A stretch of DNA of 63,465 nt, filler included, from Globobulimina sp. (Eukaryota), in the NCBI GenBank assembly GCA_003354225.1. It is 19 parts of 19 records of this genome, joined end to end, with 100 filler letters (N's around TTAATTAATTAA, not from the genome) between each part and the next. Parts side by side here need not be neighbours in the genome. Positions count along the whole stretch, not along the records: positions 1 to 3,248 come from PIVH01003310.1; positions 3,349 to 6,596 come from PIVH01003311.1; positions 6,697 to 9,944 come from PIVH01003312.1; positions 10,045 to 13,292 come from PIVH01003313.1; 15 more parts are not named here. One strand, given 5' to 3'. The notes beneath the pieces were generated by a model, which was given only the letters and a program-made list of their open reading frames with translations, did not search any database and was not told the DNA's origin. Positions within the stretch are counted from its first letter, which is position 1. Every line of letters begins with the position of its first letter. Below, in pieces: positions 1 through 11,635 of this stretch. The translations under genes and the position numbers were made by a program.

Positions 1-1570
1 GAAATGCACCAAGAAATGCGCACACTGCAATTGCAATAATTGTGATTGTCTCTGTATTCACTTTGTGTAAAAAACAATAATTTAATATGTATATCAATAA
101 TATATGTACATTATAATTATCTCTTTGCTTTGTTGTAACATTAAATGTCGGAATGGGTGTTGGCATTGCAGTTTGATTTGGTGTCGGATTTGTACCGCAA
201 ACTAATTTTGGACAATATGTATCTTGATTACATTCAACAAAACATGTTCCATAACAACATAAAGACAAAGATACACAGGCTCTATATGCATCGCATAATA
301 TGGTACAATGATCAGTTTCATTGCAAGTTATCAACGCATATGGACCCGATTCATAACCAGTTAAATATACAGTAATATTCATTCCTGAGCTTGTAATATT
401 TGCATAACTGCATGATTCTGAACCAGTACAATAAATGTGTGATATTTGTGTTATTGTTGTGTATTGACATGACTGATACCCATAACAATATACAGTTCCT
501 CCATTTCCAGCAATAGATCCATGACAACATGCATCCTCAGCAGAACATTCAACCATTAAATCAGTACTATTCGATATTATATATGTACCTTCACATGAAC
601 TGTCTCCACTGCATACAACTGACGCTCCATTGCTATCATATGATATTAAAGAATATAAACATGCATAGGCTGCTCTGCAACATATTGGGCCAACATTTGT
701 TGTGTAAATAAGATCTTTTCCATTATAATAATGTTCAAAATAATTATCAAAGGTTTTATCAGTTATTTGTTTGGAACATTCGTCTTCATTCCTTGTTGTT
801 ATTTGTGTCGAATTCCAAAATAAAATTTCTTTTCTATTCTGTTTTTAATTATAATTTATAAAATATATATGTTTTTGTGGTCGGATTAAATGATAACATA
901 CCAATTTTAAACCTGTGTTTGGCGACAATGAAAAAATACTCATATTAGTAATATTACATTGTGCATTGTCATCGCATATCACTGACAGTCCACCACATCC
1001 ATTATGATAACAATGTATATTACAAACACTCCCTGCTTCACAATGAATAGTTGCTTGATATCCTGCATAATATCCATCAAAATATGCGTCAAAAGTACCA
1101 GATGTAATATTTATTGTTGTTGCAAATAATGATAATGCTCCTCTTGCAGATAAATAATTATCTGATGAAATTGTTGAATGTGCGCATGCTTTATCACTCC
1201 AACAAGAAATTGACCTACCTTTGATTGATATATTTGTATTCATTAATGAGTTTGCTCCGTATCCTAAGATATAACCGGTTGCTTTAATGTATGCAGTATT
1301 GGAGCATGAAGATGTTCCTGCACAAAAAAGCCAATATGTATAAATATATGGGGTTTCTTTGCAGGATAATGCACCACAACAAGCACGAGCCTCTGTGGTA
1401 GATGATATTGATTGGAATAAACTCTTATAACCATAACCATAACCATGGACCCAATCTTCACTGTTATTTCCAATATCTATATCTCCCGCACATTCAGACG
1501 CATTGTAACAATAAATACCTTTACTATAAGCATAGCCAATAAATACAGATAAGAAACAAAGAGTTGCCAT
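1..1570 (-). CDS. Secreted/surface Cys-rich repeat protein (CxGxxSC-type repeats), multi-exon, 3' partial
   Basis: ATG at 1570 starts a hydrophobic signal peptide (MATLCFLSVFIGYAYS). Repeats include CCGALSC, CAGTSSC, CWSDKAC and CYHNGC. After an intron near 840-910 the frame continues with CCRAAYAC-type repeats. Confidence 0.65.
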
Positions 1571-1891
1571 TAAGGGAACCGACGCGTTCCTAAATTGTAA
1601 AATAAAAAGGATTAACAACAATGATTTGTTATTATGATGAATATGCAATAAAATGTATCTAATTCAATTATAATGCAGTTAATATAGATTGTGGTTTGTG
1701 TTATATTTCGTATACTTTTTAATTTGCTTTTGATGGCTGGAAATGGTGAGGTTTAATTCAAAAATTGCAATGAATTCTCTAGATCTTTTAATTCCAAGGT
1801 GGACTTTGATTCTTGTCTAATATGGGTTGTTGTTGTGGTTATTTGTTATGTTTTTTTCTAGTGAGTGAGTAGCCACATCTTTGTTCATCAA

Positions 1892-3207
1892 ATGATTGTA
1901 ATGGACGAAGAAGAAAACGAAGCAAAATGGATTCCATTGGCTCCCATACCATTGCTGTTTGAAAATAAATATGCAACGCCAATAATCTACGACAAGAATC
2001 CTGAAACAATATTAATTGTATTGAGTCCATGCGGCGAATGTGGCTCAATCAAAATATACAATAAAAAAGAAAATAGATGGAAAGATTTGCTGTTATTTGA
2101 AAGAAAGAAGAAAAGCAACATTCATATTCATATTCATACATTGGCTGTAAATAGAAAAACATTGTATTTTTACGATGGCAAACTCCAACACTACAAATTG
2201 GATAAAAAAAATGCGGAATTCATTCAAATTAAGCCTCAAAATCAAAATCAAAATGAAAATGAAAATCAATTCAATCGATATCTGATGACAGAGCCTCAAA
2301 ATGTAGAATCTCGTTTTTTTAATGGAGAGTTTCATGTCGTTGGTTATGGCAAAAAGAGTGAAACAATGCAGCATTTCTCATGGAATCCGCACACAAATAA
2401 CCTCAAACAATATAGTTTTGGCAATGGCACCGACTTATTACTGATGGAAGGCTACGCACTGTGCTGTTTGCAAAAACGTGGAAGCATTCTTTTGTTGGGA
2501 GGACGTAAGCTCAGCGCCACAAATATATGCTATCTGCACTCAATATTCGCGTACAAAGCTCTCGGAAATGGATTTGTCAAAACTGCCTATTTTATGCCGC
2601 ATAGAATGGCATATTTTGGCTGCATTGTAAGCGACGACGAGCAATATCTAATTATCTTTGGTGGAAGCACCGACAATGCCTTTCTGGATGAAATTGGTAT
2701 TCTGAATTTGGAGACATTTGAATGGATTCGATCCGATCTACGATGCCCTGCCAAAGGCAAATATGTCGCAGTCAGAGATGGAGAGTTTGTTCACTTATTT
2801 GATGAATATGGCCAACACTCTAAAATGTTGATATCTTATTTGCTGCCAACTCGCTCTCAAAATAGTAAAAGTAAATGGATCACTTCATTGCAAACACCGT
2901 ACAGTGCATTCTGTAAACCTGTGACTACTTTGGATGGCGACATTATTTTATCTGCATACAACCAACAAACTCTTTTTATATTCAAAGCCTGCGATAATAA
3001 CCAAAACGAAGCAGAATGGCTACCATTCATTTCATTGCCAACCGGCATGGAATTCAATCAACACACAAATTGTATTTATACAATGGAGCATGTCATGCAA
3101 AGTCTAAGTGCCGTTTTATTGAACTCGACCGACTTCATATAATTGGCGGATCCCACACAAAATGCACACATTTGACATGGGATGCTGCCTCACACTGTTT
3201 TGTCGAG
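1892..3207 (+). CDS. Kelch-repeat beta-propeller protein, 3' partial
   Basis: Kelch-like blades ILLLGG, LIIFGG, FHVVGYG and LHIIGG (last in another frame after a probable intron or frameshift near 3070-3140), with W residues closing blades. Confidence 0.7.
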
Positions 3208-3248
3208 GTATGTTTATATAACATTTTATTGAGTGTTAAATTGCATAA

Positions 3249-3348
3249 NNNNNNNNNNNNNNNNNNNNNNNNNNNNNNNNNNNNNNNNNNNNTTAATTAA
3301 TTAANNNNNNNNNNNNNNNNNNNNNNNNNNNNNNNNNNNNNNNNNNNN
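3249..3348. other. Artificial contig linker (44 N + TTAATTAATTAA six-frame stop + 44 N); first of 18 copies
   Basis: Identical 100-nt spacers also at 6597, 9945, 13293, 16641, 19988, 23335, 26681, 30027, 33373, 36718, 40063, 43407, 46751, 50095, 53439, 56782 and 60124. Intervening contigs decrease from 3248 to 3242 nt. Confidence 0.99.
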
Positions 3349-3424
3349 TATTAAAATAGAATCATGTCGTCTTCACTAAAATGTACGTATCTCATTGTTA
3401 AAAATGTATTAAAACAATCCAAAC

Positions 3425-5980
3425 ATGAGTAATATGCCTAGTTCTGCATCTACATCATGTCAGGTACGAAGCAGAACCCATTACCATTCATACCCTTGCA
3501 CTAACTGTCAAAACACAAATAATCACAGAGCAATACGTACAATGAGAAATCGGCAACGATCACGCAGCAGAAGCAGGTCAAGATCACCTGATAAACATTA
3601 TCATCATCATAATAACAACAAACATCGTTATGGTCATACCAGTCATAGAGATCGTGATTTCCACAGAGACAGAGATAGAGATCGCGACAGAGACAAAAAA
3701 AACCAAAGAGAGAAACCTAAAAAAGAATCTCAAGAAATAAAATTACAAAATCGAAATAGATTAATTGCGGCCAGGTCCGCCTCTGTATTACGATCTCAAT
3801 CTGCATTACGTTCGAATTCTATCCTCCGCTCCATCGCGAAACCAACAGTTTTGTTATCTGCATTTAGGCGCAAGGACAGTTATAAAAACTACCCAAATAT
3901 TCAGATTTTATCATCAAACAACAGCAACACTGAAGCAACACAGAGAGCGAAACCCAAGTTTTTATCTCGCAAACAAAGAGAACAAATCGCATTGCAAAAA
4001 TTAGCTGAAAAGAGAGCGTTACAACGACAACAACAAGCAACCGAAGCAAAGCAACGGCAACAATTCTTTCGCAAAGACAACAATAACAACAAACGAAACG
4101 ACTCCATAGAAATGAAGGGAAGGTCAAGAAACAACAAAAGCAGAAAATGGAGAGATCGCAACAACAAATCCAAAAACTCTGAAATCCGACGACGTGATCA
4201 AAAACAAGAAGAATTGCAATTAATCAAAGACCAATATTTAGGCAAAAAGCGAGAGAAGAAATCCATAGTTCCGCCTTCGCAAAAATTCAAATTTAATTTC
4301 GATTGGGAAATATCTGAAGATACAAGCGAGGATTTGAACGAATTGTATTCGCGCAGAGCCAAAGTCGGCTTCCTGTTTGGTAGAGGATACATTGCCGGCA
4401 TTGACCGCGAGGAACAGCGCAAAAAAAACGAAGTAATCTGGAAAGATATCAACAATCGGAAACTAAGCATGCGTCGACATGAAGACATCGATGAAAATAT
4501 GGCTGAAAAGTTGCGCCAGCGCAGATTGTGCAGAGCGGAGAAGGAAAAACGGAGAATTCGCAAAGATGCGTTAGATGCTCGCAATTGGAGAGACAAAGCG
4601 TTGTCGGAGATGAGTGAGAGAGATTGGCGTATTTTGAAAGAAGAGTTCCGAATCTCGACCAAATTCGGTGGTCGCTTGCCTTCGCCCATTAGGTTTTGGT
4701 CAGAGTCTGGTTTGCCAGCCTCCATATTGTCCGCCATCGAGAAAGTAGCCGGCTATGCCGAGCCATATAAGATTCAGCGCATGGCCATCCCCGTCGGCTT
4801 AAGCAACCGTGATTGTGTAGGCATTGCGGAGACTGGTTCCGGTAAAACCGCAGCGTTTGTGATACCAATGCTGGTTTATGTGTTGTCGCAGCCGCCTATG
4901 ACCGATGTGAACCAGTTGTTTGAAGACGGGCCGTATGCATTGGTGCTAGCACCGACGCGCGAGTTAGCCAAACAAATCGAGAATGAGACGAATAAGTTTG
5001 CCACTTATTGCAGCATCTCGGCCATAACCATTGTTGGTGGCATATCGCACGATGAACAGTCGACGTTGCTGAGGAATGGCGTGGAAGTTATCATTGCTAC
5101 GCCGGGCCGCTTATTGGATTGCATTGACCGTAGGATCTTAGTGTTGAATCAGTGCAATTATGTGGTGTTGGATGAAGCGGATCGAATGATCGATATGGGA
5201 TTTGAGCCTCAAGTGAACGCCATATTTGATAAGATGCCATCGACCAATTTGCGGCCAGTGGATGAGGATTACGAGGAAGAGACGGCTGAAAAGAAGATCT
5301 ATCGACAGACCTTTATGTTTTCTGCCACTATGCCACCGGCGGTGGAGAGATTGACCCGGACGTATTTGCGCAATCCGGTGTATATCACCATTGGCGATCC
5401 GAATGCGACCGCTGCAGAACACGTGAAACAAAATGTATTGTGGGTACAAGAGAAAAATAAGCGGAAAGTGTTGGAAAAGTTATTATTGAACAATATGGAA
5501 CCGCCGATTATGGTGTTTGTAAATATGAAAAAAAATGCAGATACGCTAGCAAAGTATTTACGATCTCAAAATTTTGTGGCTATCTCTTTGCATGGCGGCA
5601 AATCTCAGGAAAATCGGGAATATGCATTGCAACAATTTAAGTTATGCGAGTATGATATTTTAGTGTGTACGAATGTGGCCGGCCGAGGCATTGATATTTC
5701 AAATGTGCAGCATGTGATTAATTATGATATGCCGGCGGATATTCGCGATTATTGCCATCGGATTGGCAGAACGGGCAGAGCGGGACAAGAAGGGGTTGCT
5801 ACTTCCTTTTTAACTAAAGATGATACCCAAATTATGTATCAGTTGAAAAAAATGTTGTTGAAAACTGGTAATAAATGTCCGCAAGAATTGATGCACAATG
5901 AAGCTGCTCTACGAAATCCAAATCTTCCCTTTGAACCAAAAACTACTAAACAGATATTAGCCAAAGTTAAACCTGTTTAA
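3425..5980 (+). CDS. DDX23: DEAD-box RNA helicase DDX23/Prp28 (U5 snRNP)
   Basis: N-terminal RS/RD region; Prp28 signatures KFKFNFDWEISEDTS and WRDKALSEMSERDWRILKEEFRIS; motifs AETGSGKT, PTRELA, DEAD, SAT and HRIGRTGRAG. The 5' exon structure is uncertain. Confidence 0.95.
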   Translation: MSNMPSSASTSCQVRSRTHYHSYPCTNCQNTNNHRAIRTMRNRQRSRSRSRSRSPDKHYHHHNNNKHRYGHTSHRDRDFHRDRDRDRDRDKKNQREKPKKESQEIKLQNRNRLIAARSASVLRSQSALRSNSILRSIAKPTVLLSAFRRKDSYKNYPNIQILSSNNSNTEATQRAKPKFLSRKQREQIALQKLAEKRALQRQQQATEAKQRQQFFRKDNNNNKRNDSIEMKGRSRNNKSRKWRDRNNKSKNSEIRRRDQKQEELQLIKDQYLGKKREKKSIVPPSQKFKFNFDWEISEDTSEDLNELYSRRAKVGFLFGRGYIAGIDREEQRKKNEVIWKDINNRKLSMRRHEDIDENMAEKLRQRRLCRAEKEKRRIRKDALDARNWRDKALSEMSERDWRILKEEFRISTKFGGRLPSPIRFWSESGLPASILSAIEKVAGYAEPYKIQRMAIPVGLSNRDCVGIAETGSGKTAAFVIPMLVYVLSQPPMTDVNQLFEDGPYALVLAPTRELAKQIENETNKFATYCSISAITIVGGISHDEQSTLLRNGVEVIIATPGRLLDCIDRRILVLNQCNYVVLDEADRMIDMGFEPQVNAIFDKMPSTNLRPVDEDYEEETAEKKIYRQTFMFSATMPPAVERLTRTYLRNPVYITIGDPNATAAEHVKQNVLWVQEKNKRKVLEKLLLNNMEPPIMVFVNMKKNADTLAKYLRSQNFVAISLHGGKSQENREYALQQFKLCEYDILVCTNVAGRGIDISNVQHVINYDMPADIRDYCHRIGRTGRAGQEGVATSFLTKDDTQIMYQLKKMLLKTGNKCPQELMHNEAALRNPNLPFEPKTTKQILAKVKPV

Positions 5981-7111
5981 TCCACTGGAATTTTAATAAA
6001 TTGTTAGCTAATTTAAATAAAAAAAAAGATTAAATGTAACCTTTCCATAAATGATCGTTCTTTTTGTTTATATCGTCTATATGGTAAAAAAGATAACCCC
6101 CCTCCCCTGGTCGCTACCAGAAACGGTTCGGTTTGCAAATCCAGAACAAAGGGAGGTTATCCAATTCAGCGCGAGCATACAGATTTGTCGAGTTTATTAT
6201 AGCTCGTTTAGTTCTATATAAAAGTGTTTTTCGTTTCGATCTATTTTATTATGTAGTTTCCAATAAAGTAACTTTTATAGTATAAAAGTTTTTTATAGGC
6301 AATAAATCATTTTTTTGAATTAAACAGAGAGGGTTACGAAAAAGTTCACGATTTGATTACGAAAATATTATATATTATATACCATACGCGGCAAGAATTG
6401 CCTTTACATAATGTATTGAGCCGGTTCTCCGCCGGTATTAACTTTTATATATTGCTATTTAGCTCATTTTGTAGGATTTATCAAACAGTTTATTGTGAGC
6501 TATTTTTCATATTCTGCGCTTGTATAGATCTTGAGATACGACCCCATCAATCGGGCAGGGTCTTAAATGTTTTTTTCTTAGTCTGATTTCTGTAGANNNN
6601 NNNNNNNNNNNNNNNNNNNNNNNNNNNNNNNNNNNNNNNNTTAATTAATTAANNNNNNNNNNNNNNNNNNNNNNNNNNNNNNNNNNNNNNNNNNNNGATA
6701 ATTGTTTATTGTTTTACGTCTTTGTTTTATTTTGGTCTTTCTTTTTAGTTTTTGGTTCTTTTGTGCGAACTTTAATTTAATTAAATGGAGTCATTTTAGT
6801 TCTTCTCCGGAAAAAAAATTAAAATTCGATATTAATCCGCTAAGTGCCAATTTAGGACATCTTCAAAACTTTTAAAAAAAAAATATTCAGTATACAGGGA
6901 GGGTTGGATATATCTGTATATCGTTTACAGTCAGACTGAGTCAGTGTATCTGGATCGATACAAACGTCGCTGTTATCTGAAAATGTCGTGATCAGCAAAC
7001 ATTTATGTTGCTTAAAACTATCGACACCGACTAACAGTGAAATATAATGGTAATACAACTAAAACTATCACACCTACAAATACACGCAAAATAAAAACAA
7101 AAAAACTGAAA

Positions 7112-8392
7112 TCATAGAAACGCAGAATGCACAAATCGTGATTGAGACAAAGGTAATGGCTTTAAATTCGTATTGGTCACATTCTTCAAATTGCCCATAC
7201 TCATACTCGGCTGTGCTTGCATTGTAAAACTAGTCATTCTCAAAGCACTTGCCTCAAATTTTAATATTGTACTTCTACGTTTGCTTGAAATTGGCGACGT
7301 CATTGGCGTCGTCTTTGGTGAATTTGTATGAACCTGCATATCGAGCTTGAGATCCAACTTAATATCAATTCCCGTCGAAATGGCAAGATTTTCAATTATC
7401 GGCACTTTGTGTCCTAAGCTCATAAGCAAGATTTTATCCGGCACACAGCACAAATATTTATAAATATCCTTCCCATACTCCAACAACAACAGAGTACAGA
7501 GACTATTTACCGCGCAATCGATGGGTAATAAGAATGTTAAATTTGGATAAAACGGAACAGCAAAAGTATAGAAAATAGAGGTGGAAAATATGGCTATTAA
7601 TCCCAATACAATCAATTTACGAATAACCATTTCGAATTCCATATCCATCGCATAAATATTACGTCCACTCGACGTCGAATGCCCCGCTAATTTCCTCATA
7701 TGCGACGCAAATATGCCTATTGTGGTGGTGCTGATAATCATGTCCTGGGCGCCTAATAATATCGGCCACAGTTTGTGGTGAAAGGGCATGGCTTGATGCA
7801 CGTCGTTGTTATACAAGGTGCAAATGTGAAGATGCGGCGCTTGCCGAGGGACTGTTGCGCCGACGATCACATTCAATGTACAAGTTCGAACCCATAATGC
7901 TGTGCAACCTAAAAAATTAGCAGTCATTAAGGAACCAATGAATTTCATCGTTCTCGATTTTATTTCAAACTTTGTGCCCTGAAACTACATATTTGACAGT
8001 GTGTTTTTTTTGAATATGAATGTTTCCAATTTGAGAGACGAGGTTTGTCACTTAACTCCAATGTATAATCTGTATAATATTAAAATGTGTAGGCAATATT
8101 TGCCAAACATGTAAAAGAAGTAATTTGTAATATAAATAATGGTACATTTTGTCGCATTGAGAGTTATAAAGAGATTTGTCCGGAACACAGCGAATATGAC
8201 ACATGCAGTAACATTGCTGCTCCACAGTGAAAAATTCAATAAAACTAAGGTTGCGATCACGTTTCTCTTTTTAATGACTATGTTGGTATAGGTATTGTAG
8301 GCAGAATACAATATTATGAGCGAAATAATGACGATTCCAATGAATCCAAACAATACCATTGAAAGTATCCAATATTCATGGACTGTATACAT
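7112..8392 (-). CDS. Seven-TM-like (GPCR-like) membrane protein, 2 exons
   Basis: Intron 7985-8056 (GTTAAG...TAG) joins RLYIG|FQGTKF in frame. About seven hydrophobic segments, DCAVNSLC in the last, then a YLCC motif and an S/T-rich tail. Confidence 0.6.
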
Positions 8393-8832
8393 AGTGATAT
8401 GGTATGTAAGATACCTCGGTATGTAATGGTACAAAACTTAAAACTGTTTTATGGTCCGACATTCTTGGTGATTTAAAAGGGGTTCCCAATAGTGCAGAAT
8501 AACTGATTTATGTTTCCTTTTGATTACTAAGATGATTCTAACATTGTTTTCATTTGATGTTTGTGGAGCGTTATTTTTTCGAAAATCTTACTAAATGTGG
8601 AATCTGGCTTGGATTTGTTTCTCACAAATACTATGAGTCTCGTTATAGTCTGATTTGAAGGTTCTATTATAGTTTCACTGTATATAGAAAAGGAAGTTCA
8701 CACTTCCCTTCAAATTAAAAATTAAAATTAAATTACTACTACAATAGTGTTCATGTGATACTATGATCATTTATAATTGTTAGTTGTTACGCATTTAAAT
8801 GATTTAATTGTACGTGCAAGGATAACAAACTA

Positions 8833-9267
8833 TTAATTGATGTAAATGGTTTGTTGACATGTAATATTTTTAGAGCACATTGGACATATTTTATTTGGTA
8901 ACTGATCAGTACAATCTTTGCATAATGTATGGCCACATGGTGAAAATGCTACATTCACTCTTTTATCATAACAGATTGGACATGAAGCGATGTCTTCGTC
9001 TGGATCATACATTGTTGTGTCTATTTCATCATTTTCTTTTGTCTCCTTATTTGATTTTGATGTGTTATTTTTATCATTGTTCCACAGTGATGCTACATAT
9101 CCACCAACAAAGCCAATGGCAGCGCCAACAGCCACGAAAGCTACTGATGTTAACACAGATGATGCATTTGCTTTTTTATTGGTGCAGCAGTTGCACTTTC
9201 CTCTCTTTTGTTCTGTTGATGATCGCAATTCGTTGTTACAGACCAAGCAGCGACATGCTGCAGACAT
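8833..9267 (-). CDS. RING-HC E3 ligase with central TM segment
   Basis: C-terminal CPICYD...PCGHTLCKDC...CPMC; hydrophobic VAFVAVGAAIGFVGGYVASLW; N-terminal CxxC/CxCC. Confidence 0.85.
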   Translation of the reverse strand: MSAACRCLVCNNELRSSTEQKRGKCNCCTNKKANASSVLTSVAFVAVGAAIGFVGGYVASLWNNDKNNTSKSNKETKENDEIDTTMYDPDEDIASCPICYDKRVNVAFSPCGHTLCKDCTDQLPNKICPMCSKNITCQQTIYIN

Positions 9268-9566
9268 TTCGTTGTTGAGATAGCTTAAAAATAGCTTATA
9301 AAAAACATTTTGTTCGTGCCATAAATCCGACAAATTAAACTCATTGGATATCGAAATTATAATCAGAAACAGCTACACATATTTCAACAGCCAACAATTA
9401 TCGGATTTATAGCATTCCAAAAGATTCATTGAATTATAGATTTGTTATTACTTTGCGTGTGATTTGCAAACCCAACACAAGTTAAGCGGTTTACATAGTT
9501 TCTGACTCGAAACATTCAGTTCAGACAAATATTGAGTTTGTTTATAGGAAAAGTTTAGCAGTCACA

Positions 9567-9944
9567 TTATGTATCGCATCCTGACACAAATATTGGGTAA
9601 AAATTATAGATAATCTGATGAATATCTAATGGTATATTAATGTTATATTTATTGCAGTTATCAATAATATATTCATGTATTATATTTGAATAATATTCTG
9701 CATAAATCTGATATAATTCTTTCGGTACACATTCATCCAATGCTATTTTAACAATTTCCGATTGTTTTATAATATATAAATAATTATCTCTTGATACTAA
9801 TAACGACACATTCGCGCATAAATCAACTGGCAATTGTTTATTCACTGTGTACCATTTATCACTCAGTAAATCTAAACATTCAATGAGTTGGTACGCTGAA
9901 AAGAAGAATATCATATATTTGAAGCCAAGAACAAAATATCGTCT
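9567..9944 (-). CDS. Kelch-type protein C-terminal fragment (5' truncated)
   Basis: IECLDLLSDKWY blade end and terminal NIPLDIHQIIYNFY motif; runs into linker. Confidence 0.5.
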   Translation of the reverse strand, partial: RRYFVLGFKYMIFFFSAYQLIECLDLLSDKWYTVNKQLPVDLCANVSLLVSRDNYLYIIKQSEIVKIALDECVPKELYQIYAEYYSNIIHEYIIDNCNKYNINIPLDIHQIIYNFYPIFVSGCDT

Positions 9945-10051
9945 NNNNNNNNNNNNNNNNNNNNNNNNNNNNNNNNNNNNNNNNNNNNTTAATTAATTAA
10001 NNNNNNNNNNNNNNNNNNNNNNNNNNNNNNNNNNNNNNNNNNNNTGAAGGT

Positions 10052-10216
10052 AGGTGTGGTGGGTACACAGGACAGGTCACAAGGACAGGTGGGACACCTT
10101 TTGTATACGGCTGGGAACGCCCGAGGGCCTTTCCAGTACGTGAGAAGTACGGTTCCGTGAGGTCCCGTGGTGAAGGTGTGGTGGGTACACAGGACAGGTC
10201 ACAAGGACAGGTGGGA
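10052..10216 (+). repeat. Two exact 43-bp direct repeats in a GC-richer foreign segment
   Basis: AGGTGTGGTGGGTACACAGGACAGGTCACAAGGACAGGTGGGA at 10052-10094 and 10174-10216. Confidence 0.9.
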
Positions 10217-10490
10217 TGTGGGAGCACAACAGAGTGCGTCCCCACAGAGCCCCCAGCACTACAGGCCCTTACGTGGTGGAATCGCCACGTAATTGGATCC
10301 GGGTGTCAGGAGTGAGCATCCACTGGTGGTATACCTCCCCGGGGACAAGTGCAGTTGGGTCTCTGCAGAAACCACGTGTGTGCGTAGTGTACGTAACCAT
10401 AATGCAAGCAATCATAAATTGGATGAATGGGATTTATATCAAAGTACAATAATTACTGGTAAACCAACCTATTATCCATTTGTAAAAAAT

Positions 10491-11522
10491 ATGTCGACTC
10501 CGATTTGTGTACCATTACCTTGGTCGAACCGAAATGAGTTTGGATCTGTTTATCAACAACAAAATAAAGTTAATAATTTAATCCATCAAATAAATGAAAA
10601 TAATGTAAATATCACCAAAAATAATAATAATAACTATTCTGTTTCACCACCTTTAGTACCAAATATTTCATCAAATATGCAAATAAATACAATATATAAT
10701 TTACAAAATGGTGCCAATAATTTATGGCAACGTTTAATAGAGTTTATCGGTATTGGTCCGTTTGGAGTATTCGAAAACGAAAAATATTTTGATTTGAGAT
10801 TGAAATTAAAAACTATTTTTACTCAAACTGTTGAAAAGTATAAATATGACGATGTTGTTTATGATATTATGTGGAAATATTTTCATTCAAATATTATCAA
10901 TGATAATCGAGTGAATTGTAATAAAAATTATCAAGATAGAGTTGAAAATCGAACAAATGAGATTATGGATATATTATCGACAACAAATTGCCAACCAATT
11001 GCAAATATTTTAGATATTGGATGCGGAGATGGTTTAATTACAAGAAATATTGGTAAAAAATTAAATTTATCTTGCGATAATATTTATGGTTATGATATTG
11101 AGAAAGATGAGAATATGATTGATAATCTTATATTTATTAATAATGTATCAATGGATAATTACATGAATGAATATTTTTATTTGGTTATATGTTTAATGTC
11201 TGTTCACCATATAAAAAAACAAAAAGAATTATTTGATAAAATATATACAATTATGAAACCAAATGGAATATTAATTATTCGCGAACATGATTGTTATATT
11301 TCGGAATTAAGTATTTTATTAGATATTGTTCATGCCTTTCATTTGAGAGTTTGGTCACAAAAACAAACTGATTTTAAACATTTCCAATCTTTTTATCAAT
11401 CAAATGATGAATGGAATATGACATTAACTTCTTGTGGTTTTAAAAAACATTCTCTATCTCCTATTTATTCAAAGGATTATCGTGATGTAAAAAATGTTTT
11501 TTTTGGCATTTATTCAAAATAA
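10491..11522 (+). CDS. Class I SAM-dependent methyltransferase (intronless); true 5' end obscured by a composition junction near 10395
   Basis: ILDIGCGDG motif I, YGYDI, MSVHHI, MKPNGILIIREHDC. Confidence 0.85.
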   Translation: MSTPICVPLPWSNRNEFGSVYQQQNKVNNLIHQINENNVNITKNNNNNYSVSPPLVPNISSNMQINTIYNLQNGANNLWQRLIEFIGIGPFGVFENEKYFDLRLKLKTIFTQTVEKYKYDDVVYDIMWKYFHSNIINDNRVNCNKNYQDRVENRTNEIMDILSTTNCQPIANILDIGCGDGLITRNIGKKLNLSCDNIYGYDIEKDENMIDNLIFINNVSMDNYMNEYFYLVICLMSVHHIKKQKELFDKIYTIMKPNGILIIREHDCYISELSILLDIVHAFHLRVWSQKQTDFKHFQSFYQSNDEWNMTLTSCGFKKHSLSPIYSKDYRDVKNVFFGIYSK

Positions 11523-11635
11523 ATGCAAGTTCTAGCTCTGATATTATGGAACATTTTCTTCGTAGTATAAATCCGATAAATTTAAAAATTATATTTAAAA
11601 ACAACTAAAACAATTCATTATGCATACATATCGGA

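Noticed and set aside
4198-4737. Antisense ORFs over DDX23 and similar short overlapping ORFs elsewhere
   Set aside because: Shadow frames of real genes with no recognisable motifs.
10052-10216. CRISPR array
   Set aside because: Only two repeats, a 79-bp spacer, no palindrome and no cas genes.
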